NCBI GenBank assembly: GCA_964630875.1
Contig: CAZVXF010000005.1
Location: forward strand, 199 to 64,198
Source of the DNA: an uncultured bacterium
GTDB taxonomy: Bacteria; Chlamydiota; Chlamydiia; Chlamydiales; SM23-39
Direction of reading: 5' to 3'
Length of the DNA stretch: 64,000 bases
Made by a program: the position numbers and the translations under genes. Shown here in pieces: positions 1-10,099 of the stretch (positions are counted from its first letter, which is position 1; the number at the start of each line of letters is the position of its first letter). The notes under the pieces are model-generated. The model was not told the DNA's origin. It searched no databases and saw only the letters and a list, made by a program, of their open reading frames with translations.

Positions 1-265
1 CTGCAGCGATTTATGATATAAAAAACCCGAAAAAATCGATCCGAAAACAGACCGATAAATATTTTTTTAAAAATCTCAAAAACGATGTCGTATCTTTTTC
101 ACTTCCGCAGATCGCTCATGTCTTTGAAGGTTTTTGACGAATTTTTTCTTAAAACCAATCCACTTTGATCTATGAAAAAAAATTCCTTGCTAAGATTAAA
201 GAAAAAAAATTATTGTAGCGATCAAAAGCTTTATCTCAAATGAAGCCCGAAATAACAAACGGAGA

Positions 266-1420
266 ATGAATATGTATTTCGATTGGAAAAAGTTGGCGAT
301 AGCGTCTTCTATTGCCGCGCTGTCGATGGCAATAAATTTACACGCAATCCCCCCAGACCCTTGCGAACCAGAAGTTGAACCTGTGTGCTGCATTGATCCT
401 ATTCCAGGACCATTTGCTTTTGCTTACCCTTTAGATCTTGGGATCAATTGTCCTCGTGATTTCTATTTCCATATCGATGGTTTAGCTTTCCAAGCAAAAC
501 AAGACGGAATGGAGTTTGCGATTCAAGCAAGATCGGAGACTTCAGGTAGACCTATTGCTCCAATCACATATGGTAAAGTGATTGGTTTTGGTTTCTCCGA
601 TGGTTGTGGATCTTGGGACTATAATCCAGGAGCACGTGTTGGACTTGGATTTTATTTAGATCATGATGCATGGAATATTGACCTGAATTGGACATGGGTG
701 CATGTAACCAATTACAAATCTGTACATGCAGACCATGATTCTGTTTTGATCCCTTTATGGTTACTCGGATCTAGCGATGCAGCTCCTGGCGTTTTTGGTA
801 CAAGCGCAAGCGCTGCATGGAATGTGTGCTATAACGTATTTGATTTATCTTTAGCTAAGCCTTATTACGTAAGCCGTTATTTCATTTTGAATCCATTTTT
901 TGGGGCAAGAGTTGCTGACATTCATCAACATTTCTCCGTCCACTACGCTGGTTCTACTCCAGAATTCGAAGCGATTCATCATGGTGAAAAAAATGAATTC
1001 TATGGAGTTGGCGCTAGATTTGGTGTGAACTCTGATTGGATTCTTGGAAAAGGCTGGTGGCTTTTTGCGAATTTCTCCGCATCGCTACTTGCTGGAAAAT
1101 TTGAAGTCCATCAGAACTTAAATGTTCCTGCTAACGGAACAACGATCACACCTTCTGGTGTAGATGGTTTTGATATTCATTCAGATTATTTCCAAAATAC
1201 ACCAAACATGGAAATTGCTTTAGGTCTTGCTTGGAGCAAAGCCTTTGACTGCAATAGATACCGTGTTGGATTGAGAGCTGCATACGAATTCGTTGAATGG
1301 TGGGATCAACTCAATATGAGAAAATTCTTCTCAGGAAATCCTGGCTACGCAAACGATGTCGTATCAAGAGGAAACCTAACTTTCAATGGGTTCTCTCTCA
1401 AATTACAACTCGATCTCTAA
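266..1420 (+). CDS. Putative outer membrane beta-barrel protein (MOMP/porin-like)
   Basis: Signal-peptide-like N-terminus (MNMYFDWKKLAIASSIAALSMAINLHA) followed by a Cys-rich stretch (CEPEVEPVCC). The rest is Gly/aromatic-rich with alternating beta-strand-like segments up to the C-terminus. A strong terminator follows. The family name is from recall only. Confidence 0.6.
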   Translation: MNMYFDWKKLAIASSIAALSMAINLHAIPPDPCEPEVEPVCCIDPIPGPFAFAYPLDLGINCPRDFYFHIDGLAFQAKQDGMEFAIQARSETSGRPIAPITYGKVIGFGFSDGCGSWDYNPGARVGLGFYLDHDAWNIDLNWTWVHVTNYKSVHADHDSVLIPLWLLGSSDAAPGVFGTSASAAWNVCYNVFDLSLAKPYYVSRYFILNPFFGARVADIHQHFSVHYAGSTPEFEAIHHGEKNEFYGVGARFGVNSDWILGKGWWLFANFSASLLAGKFEVHQNLNVPANGTTITPSGVDGFDIHSDYFQNTPNMEIALGLAWSKAFDCNRYRVGLRAAYEFVEWWDQLNMRKFFSGNPGYANDVVSRGNLTFNGFSLKLQLDL

Positions 1421-1441
1421 AGTAAATACTATTCTTATCCG

Positions 1442-1473
1442 AAGGCCTCAGGATCACTTGAGGCCTTTTTTTT
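1442..1473 (+). terminator. Rho-independent terminator after the OMP gene
   Basis: Perfect 9-bp stem aaggcctca / tgaggcctt with an 8-nt loop, followed by a T-run. Confidence 0.75.
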
Positions 1474-1527
1474 GATCCATTTCGAGCGCTTCAAACGCTT
1501 CTTCACATACCCACGAGCAACGCAGCC

Positions 1528-2481
1528 CTATCGTACACTCCATAAGCCAACTTGAACAACATCATGCATCCTGAGCAATCCGACGACTTTTTCATTATCA
1601 GTCACAGGGAGAACTTGGATGGCTTTCATCTGTTCAGCTGCTTTTGAAACAAGCATTTCTTGGCTAATCGTAACAGGGGTCTTTGTCATCAGTTGCGAGA
1701 GAGTCATTTGAAGGGCGCCAGGGCCATTTGATTCGATAGCTCTTCGAAGGTCTCCGTCAGTGAAAATACCACATAGCTTTCTATTTTCATCGCAGACAAG
1801 CAGACATCCACACTTTTTAGCTGTGAGCTCATGGAGCGTATCGATCAACAGATCATCCATTTTACACAGAGGAATTGCCTCTTGCTTCAACATGAGATCG
1901 AACACTCTCATCGTGATCTTTCGGCCTAAAAATCCAGCTGGGTGATTGGCTGCGAAGTCACGCTCAGAAAACTTTCTGTCTTCCATTAATTGAATCGCAA
2001 GAGCGTCTCCGAATAAAAGCTGCACAGCAGTCGATGTCGTAGGCGCTAAATTCAGCGGGCATAATTCTTGATCGACTGGCAAAATCATGGTCATATCGAC
2101 AGCTTTTGCTAATCGCGATTGCGCTTGAGAAATAATTCCGATTGTAAATGCGCCTCTTTTTTTGATGAATGGGAGAAGATCGAGTAATTCTTGCGTCTCA
2201 CCGCTCTTGCTGAATAAAATGAATACATCATTGGAAGAAACAAATCCCAAATCTCCATGTAAAGCGTTCAATGGACAAAGAAAGACGGCACGGGTGCCTG
2301 TAGAGACCATCGTTGCTGCAATTTTCTGTGCAATATGACCACTTTTACCGACCCCGCAAAGAATGATACATCCTTTGCACTGTCGAATCTTTTCGAGTAT
2401 TTTTTCTGATGTCGCAATATCTAAATGAGAAAAGAAATAATCTAAAGAGGCATGCTGTCTTTCAAATAACGTTTTCATCAT
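1528..2481 (-). CDS. kdsD: Arabinose-5-phosphate isomerase (KpsF/GutQ family, SIS plus tandem CBS domains)
   Basis: SIS motif GVGKSGHIAQKIAATMVSTGT and C-terminal CBS-like halves. Length of 317 aa is typical. Confidence 0.85.
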   Translation of the reverse strand: MMKTLFERQHASLDYFFSHLDIATSEKILEKIRQCKGCIILCGVGKSGHIAQKIAATMVSTGTRAVFLCPLNALHGDLGFVSSNDVFILFSKSGETQELLDLLPFIKKRGAFTIGIISQAQSRLAKAVDMTMILPVDQELCPLNLAPTTSTAVQLLFGDALAIQLMEDRKFSERDFAANHPAGFLGRKITMRVFDLMLKQEAIPLCKMDDLLIDTLHELTAKKCGCLLVCDENRKLCGIFTDGDLRRAIESNGPGALQMTLSQLMTKTPVTISQEMLVSKAAEQMKAIQVLPVTDNEKVVGLLRMHDVVQVGLWSVR

Positions 2482-2511
2482 TTGAATGACTATAACAAAT
2501 TATGAAAAAAG

Positions 2512-3651
2512 TTAAACAGAACTTCCTTCGATATGTGCTTTTAGAGAATTTAAAAACCCGCAGCCATAAATACCATCTAAGACTCGGTGGTCAAAAGTAA
2601 GGGACATCCACATCACAGAGCGAATCGCTGTGGAGTCATCTGGCATTGCCATGACTTTTTTAGTGATCGCTCCTAAGCCTACAATTGCAACCTCTGGATG
2701 GCGAATAATAGGGATTCCAATCATGACACCGGTCATTCCAAAATTGGTCAGCGTAATTGTTCCCTCTTTTACATCTTGAGGATCTAAACGGTGTTCTCTT
2801 GTTTTTATAGCGAGTTCTGAAATTTGCTTTGCAATGTCTGGCAAGCTGAGATTTTGCACATTTCGAATGACAGGAACCATCACGCCTTGATCAACACTCA
2901 CAGCGATCCCTAAGTTCACAAATCGCTTCATGACGATCGTATCCACATCAAGAGAAGAATTTAGCAGAGGAAACTCTTTCACTGCAGCAGCAATCGCACG
3001 CGCAACAAAAGCCGTCACAGAGAGTTTGACGCCATGCTTTTCTTGAAACGATTGCTTTTGCTCTTGAATGATCTTTACGATATTTGTGACGTCGACTTCT
3101 GTCACAAGCGATGCGTGTGGTGCTTCATAAAACGATTTCACCATATTGTCTGCAATAGCCTTACGCAAGCTAGACATTTTTACGCGCTCTGTTCCGACTT
3201 CTTCTTTTTTTGGAGCTGCATAATCTTCGATGTCTTTTTTTGTGAGACGACCACCCTGTCCTGTACGAGGAATACGGTCGATGTCATGAAGTGGGATTGC
3301 TTTTTCTTTGAGGAGTCGAAGAACTGCGGGAGACAATAGATCCTCAGATCCAGTTCCACTTGTGGTTTGAGTGGGCGCCGCAGTTTCGGCAACTGTTGGA
3401 GTCACGTGAGTTGAAGTTGTGAGGATTGCAAGAGGCTCTCCAACTTGAACTTCTTGATCTACTTCTGCTAAAATTTCTTTTAAAATACCGACAGTCGGAG
3501 AGGGAATTTCGCTATTGACCTTATCCGTTGACACTTCAAGTAATGGCTCATCTAAAGCCACTTGATCTCCCACCTTTTTAAACCAACGAACAACCGTTGC
3601 AGAAACAATACTTTCGCCAAGTTTCGGTAAATTAATTTTTATTTCTTTCAT
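2512..3651 (-). CDS. 2-oxoacid dehydrogenase E2 component (dihydrolipoamide acyltransferase)
   Basis: N-terminal lipoyl domain (EVSTDKV), Pro/Ala/Thr linker, E3-binding segment (SPAVLRLLKE) and catalytic motif DHRVLDG near the C-terminus. Substrate class cannot be resolved from the sequence. Confidence 0.85.
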   Translation of the reverse strand: MKEIKINLPKLGESIVSATVVRWFKKVGDQVALDEPLLEVSTDKVNSEIPSPTVGILKEILAEVDQEVQVGEPLAILTTSTHVTPTVAETAAPTQTTSGTGSEDLLSPAVLRLLKEKAIPLHDIDRIPRTGQGGRLTKKDIEDYAAPKKEEVGTERVKMSSLRKAIADNMVKSFYEAPHASLVTEVDVTNIVKIIQEQKQSFQEKHGVKLSVTAFVARAIAAAVKEFPLLNSSLDVDTIVMKRFVNLGIAVSVDQGVMVPVIRNVQNLSLPDIAKQISELAIKTREHRLDPQDVKEGTITLTNFGMTGVMIGIPIIRHPEVAIVGLGAITKKVMAMPDDSTAIRSVMWMSLTFDHRVLDGIYGCGFLNSLKAHIEGSSV

Positions 3652-4598
3652 AACACGAGATTATCAATCTTTTGTGTGATTTTTGCAATCAGGTTTTCCC
3701 ATTGTTGTGCGTTCGAAGTCACGACCAAAGAAATTTTTATAAAATGAATGGGAAGCGCAAAATGCCCAGTTATTTTGACAAAATCTTTTTCTGTGCAAAT
3801 GAGAGAATCTGCACCCATTCTCTTTGCATGAATTGCAAATTCATGAAGTTTTTGCGGTTTTTCATGATCTGCTAAAATCCATTCATCGACAACAATAGCC
3901 CCCAAATTTTCCACTGTCCTCTTGAATAAATGCGGTTTTGCAATTCCACAGAAAATCGCTACCTTTTTTCCTTGAATTGAGTCGATTGTTTGCTCCCCAT
4001 TTGAGATTGACTCCACTTGAATGTCTAAGTGTATGTACGGTGTTTTTTGTTTTGATGAATTGATAAAAATCGCATCTGCTTGACTCAATCTGCGAGGGTG
4101 ATCGCGCAAAAATCCCCAAGGGAGATAGTGCCCTTTTCCAAAAGGATCGCTCCCGTGCAAAAGAACAAGATCGAAATCACGATATAATTGACGATGTTGA
4201 AAACCGTCGTCTAGAATGATGATTTTCGCACCTTCGTGACAAGCTTGTTGGGCTAATTTCACTCTATTTTTTCCAACATATACTCTTGCATTTTCAAGAC
4301 GATTAGCAATCAGTTTCGGCTCATCTTTTGTTTTATATCCGCGCGTTAATATCGCGACCTTTTTATCCTTGAATTTCGATGCGAGTAGAATGACCAAAGG
4401 AGTCTTCCCTGTTCCTCCAGCAACTAGATTGCCAACACTGACAACAGGGCATTGTACCTTTGTGACGCTTAACCATCTCAGATCGTATAGTTGATTTCTA
4501 ATCACTGAGACCAAACCCCAAATCAAACCGATCGGAGCAAACATCCAAGCGCCTTTTTCAATACGCCTTTGTCCCCAAAGTAGAATGCGATTTAACAT
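3648..4598 (-). CDS. lpxK: Tetraacyldisaccharide 4'-kinase
   Basis: N-terminal TM segment and P-loop GNLVAGGTGKTP, which is typical LpxK architecture. There is a 4-nt overlap with the downstream E2 gene. Confidence 0.85.
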   Translation of the reverse strand: MLNRILLWGQRRIEKGAWMFAPIGLIWGLVSVIRNQLYDLRWLSVTKVQCPVVSVGNLVAGGTGKTPLVILLASKFKDKKVAILTRGYKTKDEPKLIANRLENARVYVGKNRVKLAQQACHEGAKIIILDDGFQHRQLYRDFDLVLLHGSDPFGKGHYLPWGFLRDHPRRLSQADAIFINSSKQKTPYIHLDIQVESISNGEQTIDSIQGKKVAIFCGIAKPHLFKRTVENLGAIVVDEWILADHEKPQKLHEFAIHAKRMGADSLICTEKDFVKITGHFALPIHFIKISLVVTSNAQQWENLIAKITQKIDNLVL

Positions 4599-5167
4599 GT
4601 GACGGATGCGAACAGTTTAGCCTCGACAGCTTCGATCATGATGTGAATTGCGGCCATATGTGCTTCTTGAATACGATCAGAAAAAGAAAATCCAGAAACA
4701 ATCCACTCCAAATCTGCAATCCCTTTCATTTTTCCGCCGGTTTTGCCTAAAAAAGCAATTGTCTGCAATCCCATTTCCTTTGCCACTTGACATGCACGGT
4801 AAAGATTTTCTGAATTACCGCTTGTTGTCAGTGCGATAAAAATGTCCCCCGGTTTACCAAGAGCTTCTACACCACGAGAAAAGACAGATTCAAACCCCAT
4901 ATCATTGGATACACACGTGAGATGTCCTGGATCAGACAGTGCAATCGCACCAAGCGCTGCGCGTTTAGACCGAAATTGACCTGTTAATTCCTCAGCAAAA
5001 TGCATCGCATCACAAAGACTTCCTCCGTTGCCTGCAATGAGTATTTTTCCGCCTCTCTGATAACAATTCGCAATCATTTCAGACCCAGCTTCCATAAACG
5101 CAATGCTATCCCTTGTTTTTAGAAATAGTGCCGCTCGAATTGCCTCATCAACAGAATGGGAGATCAT
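4592..5167 (-). CDS. gmhA: Phosphoheptose isomerase (SIS domain; a DiaA-like protein is the alternative)
   Basis: GNGGSLCDAMHFAEEL and TTSGNSEN motifs characteristic of GmhA-type SIS proteins. 191 aa. Confidence 0.7.
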   Translation of the reverse strand: MISHSVDEAIRAALFLKTRDSIAFMEAGSEMIANCYQRGGKILIAGNGGSLCDAMHFAEELTGQFRSKRAALGAIALSDPGHLTCVSNDMGFESVFSRGVEALGKPGDIFIALTTSGNSENLYRACQVAKEMGLQTIAFLGKTGGKMKGIADLEWIVSGFSFSDRIQEAHMAAIHIMIEAVEAKLFASVTC

Positions 5168-5232
5168 AAGCTAATTTTCTATCCTTAAATTGTTATTTTT
5201 GCAATGATTTTCCGCAAAAAAAGGAGTTTTAT

Positions 5233-5859
5233 ATGATGCTAGAGTTATTTACCGCGATTGCTTTGATTGTTGACCGATCTGGTTCTATGCACTCCGTTGC
5301 AGACGACACTAAAGGAAGCGTTCAAAATCTCATTCAGACACAGAAAAAAGAAGCCGGAAGAGCTTCATTGACTCTTGTTCAGTTTGACCATGAATATGAC
5401 GTTGTTTACGATTTTGTTGACATTCAAGAGGTGGATGAAAATGCTTTCGCGGAGCAATATGAACCGAGAGGATCTACAGCTCTTGTTGATGCGATTGGCA
5501 GGACCATTATCGAGATGAGTCAAAAAATCGACAAAATGGAAGATGAAGCGCCGAATAAAATCGTTGTTGCAATTGTCACTGATGGCTATGAAAATGCGAG
5601 TCGTGAATTCACAACCGCAAAAGTCCGAAATCTCATCGAAGAAAAACAAAATCAGGGTTGGGAATTTATGTTTTTAGGCGCTGATATCAATGCAATCCAG
5701 TCTGCACAAGGCTATGGAATATCCCCCGATACTTGTGCCTATTATGACAATTCAAAAGTTGGAAGCGCGATGGATCTCATCAACGCAAAGATCACTGATT
5801 CTAGAGCTGGGAAACAAATCCAAATTACCGAAGAAGAAAGAGCAAAAATCGCAAACTAA
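5233..5859 (+). CDS. von Willebrand factor A (vWA) domain protein
   Basis: MIDAS-type motifs DRSGSM, GST and TDGYEN in the expected order. Confidence 0.7.
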   Translation: MMLELFTAIALIVDRSGSMHSVADDTKGSVQNLIQTQKKEAGRASLTLVQFDHEYDVVYDFVDIQEVDENAFAEQYEPRGSTALVDAIGRTIIEMSQKIDKMEDEAPNKIVVAIVTDGYENASREFTTAKVRNLIEEKQNQGWEFMFLGADINAIQSAQGYGISPDTCAYYDNSKVGSAMDLINAKITDSRAGKQIQITEEERAKIAN

Positions 5860-5871
5860 ATCTATCCCGTT

Positions 5872-5903
5872 GAGAGAATTGCAAAGCAGTTTGCAATTCT
5901 CTC
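5872..5903. terminator. Bidirectional hairpin between convergent genes (related to the GAATTGCAAA repeat family)
   Basis: Perfect 14-bp stem gagagaattgcaaa / tttgcaattctctc with a 4-nt loop, lying between the vWA gene (+) and the rluA-family gene (-). Confidence 0.6.
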
Positions 5904-5912
5904 GTTGGTTCT

Positions 5913-6566
5913 CTAACCAAATGGCGCTGAGGATTCAAATGTAAGGACTTCTTTCGTCACCGGATGTGCGAAGGACATTTTTGCACAATGAAGTAAAATC
6001 TCGCCTCCATCCCCACTGTTGCTACCATATTTTTTATCCCCTTTAATCGGATGGCCAATCGCACTAAATTGGGCTCGTATTTGATGATAGCGTCCTGTTT
6101 CCAATTCAATACGGACGATGGTTGAATCGGGCATGTAATGAAGCACTTGGAATGTTAAACGCGCATGTTTGGCTTCTTGATTGTCCTCTTTAGAAATGAG
6201 AGCGCGATGATCGCCGTGAATCAGGTAATGATCCAGTCGTCCGATCTTTTCTTTCATGATTCCTTCGACTTCAGCTTCATAAACACGCTGAATTTCAAAA
6301 TTGCGCGATTGTTCATTGAGACGGGAGAGCGCTTTGCTTGTGCGTGCGAACAGAACAAGGCCACTGACCGGACGATCAAGACGATGAATGCAATGGAGAA
6401 AAACGTCTCCCTCTTTATGGTATTCTTGTTTGACCCATTTTTTTGCAAAAGCTTCTAAAGATGGACTTCTAGACTGATCGGGTTGAGTCAGAAGACCTGC
6501 CGGCTTTAGAGCAATTAAGATATGATTATCGCTGAAGAGAATTTCTTCGTTGTCTAAGGACTTCAT
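5913..6566 (-). CDS. RluA-family pseudouridine synthase
   Basis: Catalytic motif HRLDRPVSGLV and downstream GRYHQIR motif. Confidence 0.8.
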   Translation of the reverse strand: MKSLDNEEILFSDNHILIALKPAGLLTQPDQSRSPSLEAFAKKWVKQEYHKEGDVFLHCIHRLDRPVSGLVLFARTSKALSRLNEQSRNFEIQRVYEAEVEGIMKEKIGRLDHYLIHGDHRALISKEDNQEAKHARLTFQVLHYMPDSTIVRIELETGRYHQIRAQFSAIGHPIKGDKKYGSNSGDGGEILLHCAKMSFAHPVTKEVLTFESSAPFG

Positions 6567-7335
6567 AAAGCATCAAGGTTGTAGCGGATGCAACGTTTAG
6601 CGAATCGGCAACGCCGCACATCGGAATGCGTACGAGGGTATCTGCTTGTTTCATCCAATTTTCTGATAACCCATATTGCTCAGTTCCCACAACAATTGCA
6701 AGAGGAACTGTAAGATCTACTTCGGTATATTCTTTTTCAGCATGTGGAGTTGCAGCAACGAGTGCAATATTCTGTTTTTTTAAGTACTGAAGAGTTTCTT
6801 CGCTGCCCGCTTCTAAAACAGGCAAGGTAAAAAGCGTTCCGATGCTCGATCGGACAACGTTTGGATTATGAATATCTGTTGTTGGATCGCAAACAATCAC
6901 TGCATCCACTCCAGCCGCATCAGATGAGCGCAAAATTGTACCGAGATTGCCAGGTTTTTCGATACTTTCAGCGACTAGAAAAAATGGATTTTTACTCAGT
7001 TTGAGCTCCTCTAGCCCTAAATGCAGTTGCGGCGCAAGAGCAAGCAGTCCATCCGGCCTATCACGGTATGAAATCTTTGCAAAAACCTCAGGAGTGCATT
7101 CTAAAACTTCTCCGCCACATTTTTTGATCAATTCTTCGTTTTTTTCGCCTAAGAATAATTCTGGACAGATCAAAAGAGTCTCGATTGTTCGTCCCGCATC
7201 GATTGCACGCGTAATTTCTCGATACCCTTCAATGAGAAATAAACCTGTATCTTTTCTCGAACGTCGATCACGCAAAGCGACGCATAGCTTGACGCGTGAA
7301 TTTTGCAAACTAGTAATCATAGCGAATTCTCCCAT
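6526..7335 (-). CDS. SpoU/TrmH-family RNA 2'-O-methyltransferase
   Basis: SpoU motifs PGNLGTILRSS, IVVGTEQYGL and SLNVASA. Confidence 0.8.
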   Translation of the reverse strand: MGEFAMITSLQNSRVKLCVALRDRRSRKDTGLFLIEGYREITRAIDAGRTIETLLICPELFLGEKNEELIKKCGGEVLECTPEVFAKISYRDRPDGLLALAPQLHLGLEELKLSKNPFFLVAESIEKPGNLGTILRSSDAAGVDAVIVCDPTTDIHNPNVVRSSIGTLFTLPVLEAGSEETLQYLKKQNIALVAATPHAEKEYTEVDLTVPLAIVVGTEQYGLSENWMKQADTLVRIPMCGVADSLNVASATTLMLYEVLRQRRNSLQR

Positions 7336-8119
7336 ATGATCCGCTCGGGATGGAAAAAGTATTCGGCGAAGTTAAGATCATCTCACCACTTTCCGCTTTT
7401 TTTCCAAAAATTTGAACAAGTAAATGATCTAAAACGATGGGAGTAAACCCTGGAGTGTGACATGTAAAAATGACAAATTTAGGACGATCGGAAAGCACTC
7501 TTTTGCAAAGATCAAGCAATGGCAAAATCTCATCTTCAATTTTAAAGACTTCTCCTTTGCCCCCTCTCCCAAAGGTCGGTGGATCTAAAATAATCCCCTC
7601 ATATCTTCGCCCACGCTTTTCCTCTCGCTGTAAAAACTTGATGGCATCATCGACGATCCAGCGGATCGGGGCTCCTTGCAAGTGATTTAAAGCGCTGTTT
7701 TCTCGTGCCCAGTCGACCATCCCTTTAGAGGCGTCCAAATGACACACATCAGCCCCTGTTTGTGCAGCGGCTAGAGTAGCCCCACCTGAGTAAGCAAATA
7801 AATTTAATACTTGATCTCCTTTGCCGATCAGAGGACGCATCCAATCCCAAAGTAAAGAGTGCTCGGGAAATACGCCTAGATGACCAAAGTCGGTTAAAGA
7901 AATTTTTAGACAAACCCCGCACAAGGTCATATCCCACTCGCGCGGCAACTGTTTTTTAAACGTCCATTGATTCCCACCTTCTCGAGAAAAGGTTGCATCT
8001 GCCTCCATTTTGCTGGAAGGGCGCCAAACGGCTTGTGGGCAGGGACGACACAGCACATAAGGGCCAAATTTCTCCCACTTTTGTCCATTGCCGCTATCAA
8101 TTAATTCATAAGTGTCCAT
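7310..8119 (-). CDS. Class I SAM-dependent (rRNA) methyltransferase
   Basis: SAM-binding motif VLNLFAYSGGATLAAA and DPPTF motif, resembling the RlmI/RlmK-like methyltransferase family. Confidence 0.7.
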   Translation of the reverse strand: MDTYELIDSGNGQKWEKFGPYVLCRPCPQAVWRPSSKMEADATFSREGGNQWTFKKQLPREWDMTLCGVCLKISLTDFGHLGVFPEHSLLWDWMRPLIGKGDQVLNLFAYSGGATLAAAQTGADVCHLDASKGMVDWARENSALNHLQGAPIRWIVDDAIKFLQREEKRGRRYEGIILDPPTFGRGGKGEVFKIEDEILPLLDLCKRVLSDRPKFVIFTCHTPGFTPIVLDHLLVQIFGKKAESGEMILTSPNTFSIPSGSYGRIRYDY

Positions 8120-8783
8120 GAGAAGATATATTAACCTGAACGCGAATATTTTGCTCGATTAACTGGGGATGAGAAGCAATCCATGATAAACATTTTTTTC
8201 CGATTCGGATCGACGAGTTGATCTTTTTCCCATCGACAATGAAAGGCGTTGCTCGCGTATGCTCGCGCATCCAAAGCTGAATTTTTCGGAATAATGCACC
8301 TTCTTTTACCGTATGAAATTCCATTGTTTTAGGATCTTGGTAAAGCTGCGGAAAAGAGAATTGCAAACCCCAAAAAATACTCTTAAGACCCATTGACATT
8401 GGACGAAAAACTCCTTCAGAATAGGCAAAATAATGGGATTGAACATGAACAACTGGCTGAGACATTTTTGTCAGATATTTTTCGGGCCCCACTTTTTGCA
8501 GCCAAAGAGCATCCAAGTCTTCCACGAATACAACCGCTTTTACACTCGGATTTGGAACAATTCCTTGTTTCAATGCTTCAATCCATTGACAGTATTCTGC
8601 CGCAAAAAAATCGTGATCAAAGGATTTTCCATCACCCACTCCTCCGATTGGAAAAATCGAGAAATTGCCTAAAGAAAGGATGAGCTTTTTCATCTCATCA
8701 CAATCGAGCAAAACTTGAATTTTCAACCATTTTGAAGCCTGAAAAACACCCTCAATCGAAGGCTCTGAAACGCGCAAATTCAT
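8106..8783 (-). CDS. Hypothetical protein
   Basis: Long ORF in an operon context, overlapping its neighbours by a few nucleotides. No motif recognised. Confidence 0.5.
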   Translation of the reverse strand: MNLRVSEPSIEGVFQASKWLKIQVLLDCDEMKKLILSLGNFSIFPIGGVGDGKSFDHDFFAAEYCQWIEALKQGIVPNPSVKAVVFVEDLDALWLQKVGPEKYLTKMSQPVVHVQSHYFAYSEGVFRPMSMGLKSIFWGLQFSFPQLYQDPKTMEFHTVKEGALFRKIQLWMREHTRATPFIVDGKKINSSIRIGKKCLSWIASHPQLIEQNIRVQVNISSHGHL

Positions 8784-9256
8784 ACGACTGGGAGAGATTT
8801 TGGGCGAGGAATCAACAACAAAGCAATGACGCCTAAAGTAATATAAGAATCAGCTAAATTAAAAATGGGAAAAGAATATCCCCAAAAAACAAAGTGAAGA
8901 AAATCAACTACATGCCCATAAAGCAAGTAATCGATTGCATTTCCCAGCGCTCCTATTGCTACAAGCCAAAGAGAGGCTCTTTGTAAAAATGCGCGCTGAA
9001 AAAAATAAAGATAAACGCCCAGAACAGTTAAGATGAGTACTCTGGAAGCAAAAAGCAAACCTGGGTTTCCAGAAAAAATTCCCCAAGCAGCGCCGGTATT
9101 AAAAATCGTATTTAGAGAAAAAGAAATCCCCAAGAAATTGAACATCGGAATCCCACCAAATGGATATCCTCCCCAAGATAAAGGAGGAATCCAGTGGAGA
9201 GCGATCATTTTCGACACGATATCTAAAAACAGTAGAAATGGGAGAAACCATCTCAT
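8780..9256 (-). CDS. lspA: Lipoprotein signal peptidase (signal peptidase II)
   Basis: Four TM segments with the conserved NTGAAWG and FNLADS motifs. Confidence 0.85.
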   Translation of the reverse strand: MRWFLPFLLFLDIVSKMIALHWIPPLSWGGYPFGGIPMFNFLGISFSLNTIFNTGAAWGIFSGNPGLLFASRVLILTVLGVYLYFFQRAFLQRASLWLVAIGALGNAIDYLLYGHVVDFLHFVFWGYSFPIFNLADSYITLGVIALLLIPRPKSLPVV

Positions 9257-9663
9257 ATTAACCCTTTTTCCAACTTCTCCTGAGATTGAACGGTCATCGA
9301 TGCGTAAGGGATCGCTTCAAGCCGACGGATGGGAATTTCATCTCCTGAAATATCGCAAATTCCGTACGTACCCTCTTCGATTTTTTCTAAGGCCCGATCG
9401 ATTTGTCTCAACACATTAAATTCTTTGCTGGTCACCTCAAGACTTACGTTTTTAACAAAATCGTCTGTCCCTTCATCCGCAGAATGCTGTGAATAGCCTT
9501 TCGACTCGTCAGGTGAGGCGACCTCTTTTTTTGCCCCCTCAAGCATCTTTGTCATCTGCGCCTTCATTTCAAGAAGACGGTTTTTAAAATGGGCGATCTC
9601 ACTTTTCTTCAGCGGCATGAATTTCCTCATTTTCTGTTTCGTTGAGAGAGCCAATGGGGGCAA
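9253..9663 (-). CDS. dksA: DksA/TraR-family RNA-polymerase-binding regulator (Cys-depleted zinc-finger variant)
   Basis: Coiled-coil region plus C-terminal GTYGICDISGDEIPIRRLEAIPYASMTVQSQ, which aligns to the DksA CxxC...CxxC finger but keeps only one Cys. The start may be an internal Met, because the 5' end overlaps nrdR. Confidence 0.75.
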   Translation of the reverse strand: MPPLALSTKQKMRKFMPLKKSEIAHFKNRLLEMKAQMTKMLEGAKKEVASPDESKGYSQHSADEGTDDFVKNVSLEVTSKEFNVLRQIDRALEKIEEGTYGICDISGDEIPIRRLEAIPYASMTVQSQEKLEKGLI

Positions 9664-10099
9664 TTAATTGGATCGCCTCTTGAAGCTCTCGTATATTTTT
9701 AAAACGCTTATACACACAAGCAAAACGTATATAAGCCACAACGTCGAGTTTTTGTAAATATTGAATGACTAAGTCGCCTAAATCCCGACTGGTAATTTCC
9801 CGAATCCCTTTCGCCATCAAATCGGCCTTCACTTTTGATGCCAATGCGCAGACCTGTTCATGGCTCACCAAAGTGTGACGACATGCAGCATCTAAACCAT
9901 TCACAATTTTCTCAGTCTTAAAATCTTCATATGTCCCATCCCTTTTTTTGACTTGCAAAGTCAAATCGATCGTCTCAAAAGTGGTAAATCTGCGCATACA
10001 TTGGCAGCATTCTCTTCTACGGCGAATCGCGTTCATTTCCACATGATCGCGCGAATCGGTCACTTTCGACTCTTCGTAATGACAAAAAGGACATTTCAT
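9599..10099 (-). CDS. nrdR: Transcriptional repressor NrdR
   Basis: N-terminal zinc ribbon MKCPFCHYEESKVTDSRD...CCQC followed by an ATP-cone. Confidence 0.9.
   Translation of the reverse strand: MKCPFCHYEESKVTDSRDHVEMNAIRRRRECCQCMRRFTTFETIDLTLQVKKRDGTYEDFKTEKIVNGLDAACRHTLVSHEQVCALASKVKADLMAKGIREITSRDLGDLVIQYLQKLDVVAYIRFACVYKRFKNIRELQEAIQLIAPIGSLNETENEEIHAAEEK

Noticed and set aside
6947-7339. Antisense or shadow ORFs inside well-supported genes (for example 6947..7339, 27530..27931, 28708..29157, 40428..40757, 41385..41795, 45102..45458, 49305..49718, 52250..52495)
   Set aside because: Each lies entirely within, and opposite to or out of frame with, a gene that has strong motif support. Their compositions are low-complexity or Ser/Arg-rich, as is typical of non-coding frames.
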